From Auanema rhodensis (Eukaryota > Animalia > Nematoda): DNA of 64,000 bases. Location: contig OZ059899.1 in NCBI GenBank assembly GCA_964057225.1, positions 21,266,001 through 21,330,000 of the forward strand, given 5' to 3'. Position 1 is the first letter of the stretch, and each line of letters starts with the position of its first letter. Of this stretch, positions 28,301 through 38,851 are shown in pieces. Position numbers and translations under genes: made by a program. The notes below the pieces were generated by a model. That model saw only the letters and a program-made list of their open reading frames with translations. It searched no databases and was not told where the DNA came from.

Positions 28301-31300
28301 AAGCGTTTCTCAATGTAGTATAGTGCATTCGATGCGGATTTTTAAGCTGCGTCGATCTGTGTTATCAGATTTGCGCTAGCTTAAAAATGCACCGAGATAT
28401 CAACTGATATAAGTTCACACTTATATCCTCGATTTTCACCCTGAAGAATTAATTTTTTCGTTGAATAACATTGTCCATCGTCTTTGCCTTGAAAAAAGGA
28501 ATCTAAAAACATCTACTTTTTGCTAAATTATTTTGAAATTTTTCGAAAAAATTTTTGTCAAAATGTTTTTGGAAGCAATGTTGAGTGTACATGGAAACGC
28601 AACATACACTAAGGCATCATTTTTCAAACGATCATAACTAATTTTTGTATTAAGCGTTTCTCAATGTAGTATAGTGCATTCGATGCGGATTTTTAAGCTG
28701 CGTCGATCTGTGTTATCAGATTTGCACTAGCTTAAAAATGCACCGAGATATCAACTGATATAAGTTCACACTTATATCCTCGATTTTCACCCTGAAGAAT
28801 TAATTTTTTCGTTGAATAACATTGTCCATCGTCTTTGCCTTGAAAAAAGGAATCTAAAAACATCTACTTTTTGCTAAATTATTTTGAAATTTTTTGAAAA
28901 CATTTTTGTCAAAATGTTTTTGGAAGCAATGTTGAGTGTACATGGAAACTCAACATACACTAATGCATCATTTTTCAAACGATCATAACTAATTTTTGTA
29001 TTAAGCGTTTCTCAATGTAGTATAGTGCATTCGATGCGGATTTTTAAGCTGCGTCGATCTGTGTTATCATATTTGCGCTAGCTTAAAAATGCACCGAGAT
29101 ATCAACTGATATAAGTTCACACTTATATCCTCGATTTTCACCCTGAAGAATTAATTTTTTCGTTGAATAACATTGTTCATCGTCTTTGCCTTGAAAAAAG
29201 GAATCTAAAAACATCTACTTTTTGCTAAATTATTTTGAAATTTTTCGAAAAAATTTTTGTCAAAATGTTTTTGGAAGCAATGTTGAGTGTACATGGAAAC
29301 TCAACATACACTAATGCATCATTTTTCAAACGATCATAACTAATTTTTGTATTAAGCGTTTCTCAATGTAGTATAGTGCATTCGATGCGGATTTTTAAGC
29401 TGCGTCGATCTGTGTTATCATATTTGCGCTAGCTTAAAAATGCACCGAGATATCAACTGATATAAGTTCACACTTATATCCTCAATTTTCACCCTGAAGA
29501 ATTAATTTTTTCGTTGAATAACATTGTCCATCGTCTTTGCCTTGAAAAAAGGAATCTAAAAACATCTACTTTCTGCTAAATTATTTTGAAATTTTTCGAA
29601 AAAATTTTTGTCAAAATGTTTTTGGAAGCAATGTTGAGTGTACATGGAAACTCAACATACACTAAGGCATCATTTTTCAAACGATCATAACTAATTTTTG
29701 TATTAAGCGTTTCTCAATGTAGTATAGTACATTCGATGCGGATTTTCAAGCTGCGTCGATCTGTGTTATCAGTATTGCGCTAGCTTAAAAATGCACCGAG
29801 ATATCAACTGATATAAGTTCACACTTATATCCTCGATTTTCACCCTGAAGAATTAATTTTTTCGTTGAATAACATTGTTCATCGTCTTTGCCTTGAAAAA
29901 AGGAATCTAAAAACATCTACTTTTTGCTGAATTATTTTGAAATTTTTCGAAAAAATTTTTGTCAAAATGTTTTTGGAAGCAATGTTGAGTGTACATGGAA
30001 ACTCAACATACACTAATGCATCATTTTTCAAACGATCATAACTAATTTTTGTATTAAGCGTTTCTCAATGTAGTATAGTGCATTCGATGCGGATTTTTAA
30101 GCTGCGTCGATCTGTGTTATCAGATTTGCGCTAGCTTAAAAATGCACCGAGATATCAACTGATATAAGTTCACACTTATATCCTCGATTTTCACCCTGAA
30201 GAATTAATTTTTTCGTTGAATAACATTGTCCATCGTCTTTGCCTTGAAAAAAGGAATCTAAAAACATCTACTTTTTGCTAAATTATTCTGAAATTTTTTG
30301 AAAAAATTTTTGTCAAAATGTTTTTGGAAGCAATGTTGAGTGTACATGAAAACTCAACATACACTAATGCATCATTTTTCAAACGATCATAACTAATTTT
30401 TGTATTAAGCGTTTCTCAATGTAGTATAGTGCATTCGATGCGGATTTTTAAGCTGCGTCGATCTGTGTTATCATATTTGCGCTAGCTTAAAAATGCACCG
30501 AGATATCAACTGATATAAGTTCACACTTATATCCTCAATTTTCACCCTGAAGAATTAATTTTTTCGTTGAATAACATTGTCCATCGTCTTTGCCTTGAAA
30601 AAAGGAATCTAAAAACATCTACTTTTTGCTAAATTATTTTGAAATTTTTCGAAAAAATTTTTGTCAAAATGTTTTTGGAAGCAATGTTGAGTGTACATGG
30701 AAACTCAACGTACACTAATGCATCATTTTTCAAACGATCATAACTAATTTTTGTATTAAGCGTTTCTCAATGTAGTATAGTGCATTCGATGCGGATTTTT
30801 AAGCTGCGTCGATCTGTGTTATCAGATTTGCGCTAGCTTAAAAATGCACCGAGATATCAACTGATATAAGTTCACACTTATATCCTCGATTTTCACCCTG
30901 AAGAATTAATTTTTTCGTTGAATAACATTGTCCATCGTCTTTGCCTTGAAAAAAGGAATCTAAAAACATCTACTTTTTGCTAAATTATTTTGAAATTTTT
31001 CGAAAAAATTTTTGTCAAAATGTTTTTGGAAGCAATGTTGAGTGTACATGGAAACTCAACATACACTAATGCATCATTTTTCAAACGATCATAACTAATT
31101 TTTGTATTAAGCGTTTCTCAATGTAGTATAGTGCATTCGATGCGGATTTTTAAGCTGCGTCGATCTGTGTTATCAGATTTGCGCTAGCTTAAAAATGCAC
31201 CGAGATATCAACTGATATAAGTTCACACTTATATCCTCGATTTTCACCCTGAAGAATTAATTTTTTCGTTGAATAACATTGTCCATCGTCTTTGCCTTGA

Positions 31301-32293
31301 AAAAAGGAATCTAAAAACATCTACTTTTTGCTAAATTATTTTGAAATTTTTCGAAAAAATTTTTGTCAAAATGTTTTTGGAAGCAATGTTGAGTGTACAT
31401 GGAAACTCAACGTACACTAATGCATCATTTTTCAAACGATCATAACTAATTTTTGTATTAAGCGTTTCTCAATGTAGTATAGTGCATTCGATGCGGATTT
31501 TTAAGCTGCGTCGATCTGTGTTATCAGATTTGCGCTAGCTTAAAAATGCACCGAGATATCAACTGATATAAGTTCACACTTATATCCTCGATTTTCACCC
31601 TGAAGAATTAATTTTTTCGTTGAATAACATTGTCCATCGTCTTTGCCTTGAAAAAAGGAATCTAAAAACATCTACTTTTTGCTAAATTATTTTGAAATTT
31701 TTCGAAAAAATTTTTGTCAAAATGTTTTTGGAAGCAATGTTGAGTGTACATGGAAACTCAACGTACACTAATGCATCATTTTTCAAACGATCATAACTAA
31801 TTTTTGTATTAAGCGTTTCTCAATGTAGTATAATGCATTCGATGCGGATTTTTAAGCTGCGTCGATCTGTGTTATCAGATTTGCGCTAGCTTAAAAATGC
31901 ACCGAGATATCAACTGATATAAGTTCACACTTATATCCTCGATTTTCACCCTGAAGAATTAATTTTTTCGTTGAATAACATTGTCCATCGTCTTTGCCTT
32001 GAAAAAAGGAATCTAAAAACATCTACTTTTTGCTAAATTATTTTGAAATTTTTCGAAAAAATTTTTGTCAAAATGTTTTTGGAAGCAATGTTGAGTGTAC
32101 ATGGAAACTCAACATACACTAATGCATCATTTTTCAAACGATCATAACTAATTTTTGTATTAAGCGTTTCTCAATGTAGTATAGTGCATTCGATGCGGAT
32201 TTTTAAGCTGCGTCGATCTGTGTTATCATATTTGCGCTAGCTTAAAAATGCACCGAGATATCAACTGATATAAGTTCACACTTATATCCTCAA

Positions 32294-35101
32294 TTTTCAC
32301 CCTGAAGAATTAATTTTTTCGTTGAATAACATTGTCCATCGTTTTTGCCTTGAAAAAAGGAATCTAAAAACATCTATTTTTTGCTGAATTATTTTGAAAT
32401 TTTTCGAAAAAATTTTTGTCAAAATGTTTTTGGAAGCAATGTTGAGTGTACATGGAAACTCAACGTACACTAATGCATCATTTTTCAAACGATCATAACT
32501 AATTTTTGTATTAAGCGTTTCTCAATGTAGTATAGTGCATTCGATGCGGATTTTTAAGCTGCGTCGATCTGTGTTATCAGATTTGCGCTAGCTTAAAAAT
32601 GCACCGAGATATCAACTGATATAAGTTCACACTTATATCCTCGATTTTCACCCTGAAGAATTAATTTTTTCGTTGAATAACATTGTCCATCGTCTTTGCC
32701 TTGAAAAAAGGAATCTAAAAACATCTACTTTTTGCTAAATTATTTTGAAATTTTTCGAAAAAATTTTTGTCAAAATGTTTTTGGAAGCAATGTTGAGTGT
32801 ACATGGAAACGCAACATACACTAAGGCATCATTTTTCAAACGATCATAACTAATTTTTGTATTAAGCGTTTCTCAATGTAGTATAGTGCATTCGATGCGG
32901 ATTTTTAAGCTGCGTCGATCTGTGTTATCATATTTGCGCTAGCTTAAAAATGCACCGAGATATCAACTGATATAAGTTCACACTTATATCCTCAATTTTC
33001 ACCCTGAAAAATTAATTTTTTCGTTGAATAACATTGTCCATCGTCTTTGCCTTGAAAAAAGGAATCTAAAAACATCTACTTTCTGCTAAATTATTTTGAA
33101 ATTTTTCGAAAAAATTTTTGTCAAAATGTTTTTGGAAGCAATGTTGAGTGTACATGGAAACTCAACATACACTAAGGCATCATTTTTCAAACGATCATAA
33201 CTAATTTTTGTATTAAGCGTTTCTCAATGTAGCATAGTACATTCGATGCGGATTTTCAAGCTGCGTCGATCTGTGTTATCAGATTTGCGCTAGCTTAAAA
33301 ATGCACCGAGATATCAACTGATATAAGTTCACACTTATATCCTCGATTTTCACCCTGAACAATTATTTTTTTCGTTGAATAACATTGTTCATCGTCTTTG
33401 CCTTGAAAAAAGGAATCTAAAAACATCTACTTTTTGCTAAATTATTTTGAAATTTTTCGAAAAAATTTTTGTCAAAATGTTTTTGGAAGCAATGTTGAGT
33501 GTACATGGAAACTCAACGTACACTAATGCATCATTTTTCAAACGATCATAACTAATTTTTGTATTAAGCGTTTCTCAATGTAGTATAGTGCATTCGATGC
33601 GGATTTTTAAGCTGCGTCGATCTGTGTTATCATATTTGCGCTAGCTTAAAAATGCACCGAGATATCAACTGATATAAGTTCACACTTATATCCTCAATTT
33701 TCACCCTGAAGAATTAATTTTTTCGTTGAATAACATTGTCCATCGTCTTTGCCTTGAAAAAAGGAATCTAAAAACATCTATTTTTTGCTGAATTATTTTG
33801 AAATTTTTCGAAAAAATTTTTGTCAAAATGTTTTTGGAAGCAATGTTGAGTGTACATGGAAACTCAACGTACACTAATGCATCATTTTTCAAACGATCAT
33901 AACTAATTTTTGTATTAAGCGTTTCTCAATGTAGTATAGTGCATTCGATGCGGATTTTTAAGCTGCGTCGATCTGTGTTATCAGATTTGCGCTAGCTTAA
34001 AAATGCACCGAGATATCAACTGATATAAGTTCACACTTATATCCTCGATTTTCACCCTGAAGAATTAATTTTTTCGTTGAATAACATTGTCCATCGTCTT
34101 TGCCTTGAAAAAAGGAATCTAAAAACATCTACTTTTTGCTAAATTATTTTGAAATTTTTCGAAAAAATTTTTGTCAAAATGTTTTTGGAAGCAATGTTGA
34201 GTGTACATGGAAACGCAACATACACTAAGGCATCATTTTTCAAACGATCATAACTAATTTTTGTATTAAGCGTTTCTCAATGTAGTATAGTGCATTCGAT
34301 GCGGATTTTTAAGCTGCGTCGATCTGTGTTATCATATTTGCGCTAGCTTAAAAATGCACCGAGATATCAACTGATATAAGTTCACACTTATATCCTCAAT
34401 TTTCACCCTGAAAAATTAATTTTTTCGTTGAATAACATTGTCCATCGTCTTTGCCTTGAAAAAAGGAATCTAAAAACATCTACTTTCTGCTAAATTATTT
34501 TGAAATTTTTCGAAAAAATTTTTGTCAAAATGTTTTTGGAAGCAATGTTGAGTGTACATGGAAACTCAACATACACTAAGGCATCATTTTTCAAACGATC
34601 ATAACTAATTTTTGTATTAAGCGTTTCTCAATGTAGTATAGTACATTCGATGCGGATTTTCAAGCTGCGTCGATCTGTGTTATCAGATTTGCGCTAGCTT
34701 AAAAATGCACCGAGATATCAACTGATATAAGTTCACACTTATATCCTCGATTTTCACCCTGAACAATTATTTTTTTCGTTGAATAACATTGTTCATCGTC
34801 TTTGCCTTGAAAAAAGGAATCTAAAAACATCTACTTTTTGCTAAATTATTTTGAAATTTTTCGAAAAAATTTTTGTCAAAATGTTTTTGGAAGCAATGTT
34901 GAGTGTACATGGAAACTCAACATACACTAATGCATCATTTTTCAAACGATCATAACTAATTTTTGTATTAAGCGTTTCTCAATGTAGTATAGTGCATTCG
35001 ATGCGGATTTTTAAGCTGCGTCGATCTGTGTTATCATATTTGCGCTAGCTTAAAAATGCACCGAGATATCAACTGATATAAGTTCACACTTATATCCTCA
35101 A
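32294..35101 (+). repeat. Tandem duplication of a 4-monomer block (1404 bp x 2)
   Basis: Rare variants (CTATTTTTTGCTGAA, CTGAAAAATT, CTGAACAATTATT) each recur 1404 bp apart. This also explains the twin 63-aa ORFs at 32297 and 33701. Confidence 0.85.
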
Positions 35102-38037
35102 TTTTCACCCTGAAGAATTAATTTTTTCGTTGAATAACATTGTCCATCGTCTTTGCCTTGAAAAAAGGAATCTAAAAACATCTACTTTTTGCTAAATTAT
35201 TTTGAAATTTTTCGAAAAAATTTTTGTCAAAATGTTTTTGGAAGCAATGTTGAGTGTACATGGAAACTCAACGTACACTAATGCATCATTTTTCAAACGA
35301 TCATAACTAATTTTTGTATTAAGCGTTTCTCAATGTAGTATAGTGCATTCGATGCGGATTTTTAAGCTGCGTCGATCTGTGTTATCAGATTTGCGCTAGC
35401 TTAAAAATGCACCGAGATATCAACTGATATAAGTTCACACTTATATCCTCGATTTTCACCCTGAAGAATTAATTTTTTCGTTGAATAACATTGTCCATCG
35501 TCTTTGCCTTGAAAAAAGGAATCTAAAAACATCTACTTTTTGCTAAATTATTTTGAAATTTTTCGAAAAAATTTTTGTCAAAATGTTTTTGGAAGCAATG
35601 TTGAGTGTACATGGAAACTCAACGTACACTAATGCATCATTTTTCAAACGATCATAACTAATTTTTGTATTAAGCGTTTCTCAATGTAGTATAGTGCATT
35701 CGATGCGGATTTTTAAGCTGCGTCGATCTGTGTTATCAGATTTGCGCTAGCTTAAAAATGCACCGAGATATCAACTGATATAAGTTCACACTTATATCCT
35801 CAATTTTCACCCTGAAGAATTAATTTTTTCGTTGAATAACATTGTCCATCGTCTTTGCCTTGAAAAAAGGAATCTAAAAACATCTACTTTTTTCTAAATT
35901 ATTTTGAAATTTTTCGAAAAAATTTTTGTCAAAATGTTTTTGGAAGCAATGTTGAGTGTACATGGAAACTCAACGTACACTAATGCATCATTTTTCAAAC
36001 GATCATAACTAATTTTTGTATTAAGCGTTTCTCAATGTAGTATAGTGCATTCGATGCGGATTTTTAAGCTGCGTCGATCTGTGTTATCAGATTTGCGCTA
36101 GCTTAAAAATGCACCGAGATATCAACTGATATAAGTTCACACTTATATCCTCGATTTTCACCCTGAAGAATTAATTTTTTCGTTGAATAACATTGTCCAT
36201 CGTCTTTGCCTTGAAAAAAGGAATCTAAAAACATCTACTTTTTGCTAAATTATTTTGAAATTTTTCGAAAAAATTTTTGTCAAAATGTTTTTGGAAGCAA
36301 TGTTGAGTGTACATGGAAACGCAACATACACTAAGGCATCATTTTTCAAACGATCATAACTAATTTTTGTATTAAGCGTTTCTCAATGTAGTATAGTGCA
36401 TTCGATGCGGATTTTTAAGCTGCGTCGATCTGTGTTATCATATTTGCGCTAGCTTAAAAATGCACCGAGATATCAACTAATATAAGTTCACACTTATATC
36501 CTCGATTTTCACCCTGAAGAATTAATTTTTTCGTTGAATAACATTGTCCATCGTCTTTGCCTTGAAAAAAGGAATCTAAAAACATCTACTTTTTGCTAAA
36601 TTATTTTGAAATTTTTCGAAAAAATTTTTGTCAAAATGTTTTTGGAAGCAATGTTGAGTGTACATGGAAACTCAACGTACACTAATGCATCATTTTTCAA
36701 ACGATCATAACTAATTTTTGTATTGAGCGTTTCTCAATGTAGTATAGTGCATTCGATGCGGATTTTTAAGCTGCGTCGATCTGTGTTATCAGATTTGCGC
36801 TAGCTTAAAAATGCACCGAGATATCAACTGATATAAGTTCACACTTATATCCTCGATTTTCACCCTGAAGAATTAATTTTTTCGTTGAATAACATTGTCC
36901 ATCGTCTTTGCCTTGAAGAAAGGAATCTAAAAACATCTACTTTTTGCTAAATTATTTTGGAATTTTTCGAAAAAATTTTTGTCAAAATGTTTTTGGAAGC
37001 AATGTTGAGTGTACATGGAAACTCAACATACACTAAGGCATCATTTTTCAAACGATTATAACTAATTTTTGTATTAAGCGTTTCTCAAAGTAGTATAGTG
37101 CATTCGATGCGGATTTTTAAGCTGCGTCGATCTGTGTTATCATATTTGCGCTAGCTTAAAAATGCACCGAGATATCAACTGATATAAGTTCACACTTATA
37201 TCCTCAATTTTCACCCTGAAGAATTAATTTTTTCGTTGAATAACATTGTCCATCGTCTTTGCCTTGAAAAAAGGAATCTAAAAACATCTACTTTTTGCTA
37301 AATTATTTTGAAATTTTTCGAAAAAATTTTTGTCAAAATGTTTTTGGAAGCAATGTTGAGTGTACATGGAAACTCAATGTACACTAATGCATCATTTTTC
37401 AAACGATCATAACTATTTTTTGTATTAAGCGTTTCTCAATGTAGTATAGTGCATTCGATGCGGATTTTTAAGCTGCGTCGATCTGTGTTATCAGATTTGC
37501 GCTAGCTTAAAAATGCACCGAGATATCAACTGATATAAGTTCACACTTATATCCTCGATTTTCACCCTGAAGAATTAATTTTTTCGTTGAATAACATTGT
37601 CCATCGTCTTTGCCTTGAAAAAAGGAATCTAAAAACATCTACTTTTTGCTAAATTATTTTGAAATTTTTCGAAAAAATTTTTGTCAAAATGTTTTTGGAA
37701 GCAATGTTGAGTGTACATGGAAACTCAACGTACACTAATGCATCATTTTTCAAACGATCATAACTAATTTTTGTATTAAGCGTTTCTCAATGTAGTATAG
37801 TGCATTCGATGCGGATTTTTAAGCTGCGTCGATCTGTGTTATCAGATTTGCGCTAGCTTAAAAATGCACCGAGATATCAACTGATATAAGTTCACACTTA
37901 TATCCTCGATTTTCACCCTGAAGAATTAATTTTTTCGTTGAATCACATTGTCCATCGTCTTTGCCTTGAAAAAAGGAATCTAAAAACATCTACTTTTTGC
38001 TAAATTATTTTGAAATTTTTCGAAAAAATTTTTGTCA

Positions 38038-38041
38038 AAAT
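38038..38041 (+). other. Left copy of 4-bp target-site duplication AAAT
   Basis: The intact monomer reads GTCAAAATGTTTTTGG. Here it reads GTCA-AAAT-[element]-AAAT-GTTTTTGG. Confidence 0.92.
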
Positions 38042-38328
38042 TGTCAAGAATATGGCTATAGATACTAAAATGAATAGTATAAATGAAGATAAATATATAA
38101 TATAATTTATATAAAATATTAAGATAACAATTATTCATCAAAAAATTAAATAAAATGAATAATTTGAATAAAATGACCCATTGATAAAACAATCCATAGT
38201 AATCGCGCTCCATTTAGAGATTGTTGGTAAACAGTGAACTGTTGATAATCAACTACCGTAATCTGATTAAAACAATATTTAGTTGTTTTTGTCCTAAAAT
38301 TATTGTGATAAGGAATTTTTTTATATTT

Positions 38329-38335
38329 TTTTCAG
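38329..38335 (+). promoter_or_regulatory. Candidate nematode-type splice or trans-splice acceptor TTTTCAG in the LTR
   Basis: Exact match to the nematode 3' splice consensus, lying upstream of the poly(A) signal and the PBS. Confidence 0.4.
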
Positions 38336-38385
38336 TTTGGAATTTTCTCTTGAATTTTTTTGTATTTTTTTTTTTGTTTTTTTTT

Positions 38386-38391
38386 AATAAA
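38386..38391 (+). promoter_or_regulatory. Candidate polyadenylation signal AATAAA in the LTR (functional copy expected at 41652-41657)
   Basis: AATAAA about 30 nt from the LTR end, flanked by T-rich tracts. The LTR is AT-rich and has other AATAAA copies, so position is the main support. Confidence 0.55.
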
Positions 38392-38422
38392 TCTTTCTCT
38401 TTTTATTTTTCGTTCTTTGATT

Positions 38423-38437
38423 TGGGGGCCGAACCGG
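38423..38437 (+). promoter_or_regulatory. Primer-binding site TGGGGGCCGAACCGG, probably complementary to the 3' end of tRNA-Pro
   Basis: Begins with TGG (complement of CCA) immediately after the 5' LTR. It resembles the MLV tRNA-Pro PBS (TGGGGGCTCGTCCGG) and, from memory, the nematode tRNA-Pro 3' end (...CCGGTTCGGCCCCCA). Confidence 0.88.
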
Positions 38438-38851
38438 TCTTCACTATTTTATTGTTTGGGTTGAGCTAATTGCTCATATAACCCTGTTTGAAAGCTCGAA
38501 TAGAGTTTGGTGAAAAAGTCACTGCTACCTGAATAGGGTTCTGTTTGTATTCATTCAATTTTGTTTGGTATTTGCCGAATAAAAGTGAAGTTTACAGAAC
38601 AATTATCATTTGACAGTGTTGGTAACAACAGTGTCTCTTGGTATATTGTTGTACGGTTGTTTTTGGTTAAAGTGTTTTCTTTTAAACACTTTTTCTGTTT
38701 TCTTCCGCTGTGAACTACATTCAGAACTTGGGTAGTAGTAACTAATATCAAGTAAATTCCATTTTCTTGATATAAGTGCTTATTTGATTCTTTCAAATAG
38801 CAATAAATTAGTAGAGGAAACTTCTAGTAATTTTTTTCATTGATAGGTGAA

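Larger units (their letters stand above)
1..38041 (+). repeat. 351-bp satellite DNA array, + orientation, left of the retroelement (108 full monomers plus 132 bp)
   Basis: TTTTCACCCTGAAGAATT recurs at 1, 352, 703 and so on (period 351). One net +1 indel near 22225 shifts the phase, so monomer 109 starts at 37910. Monomers differ by a few SNPs. The array continues past the left edge. Confidence 0.99.
38042..38422 (+). repeat. 5' LTR (381 bp; TGTCAAGAA...TTCTTTGATT)
   Basis: Direct repeat of 41308-41688 with no mismatch found by eye. The ORF-track translations across both copies are also identical within the LTR. Confidence 0.97.

Noticed and set aside
32297-33892. Two 63-aa minus-strand ORFs (MKNDALVYVEF...)
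   Set aside because: They are satellite monomers where one SNP (GCTAAA to GCTGAA) removes a TAG. They start at TTG, have no domain, and are twinned only by the 4-monomer duplication.
38480-38540. Possible hammerhead (retrozyme-like) in the element leader: three-way junction with GAAA and CTGAATA
   Set aside because: The core reads CUGAAUA and lacks G8, and five extra nucleotides separate stem II from GAAA. Kept only as a generic structured leader.
37980-38796. Short ORFs over the 5' LTR and leader (and their copies at 41240-41690)
   Set aside because: Low-complexity F/I/L/N/Y or K-rich translations of AT-rich non-coding sequence, duplicated because the LTR is duplicated.
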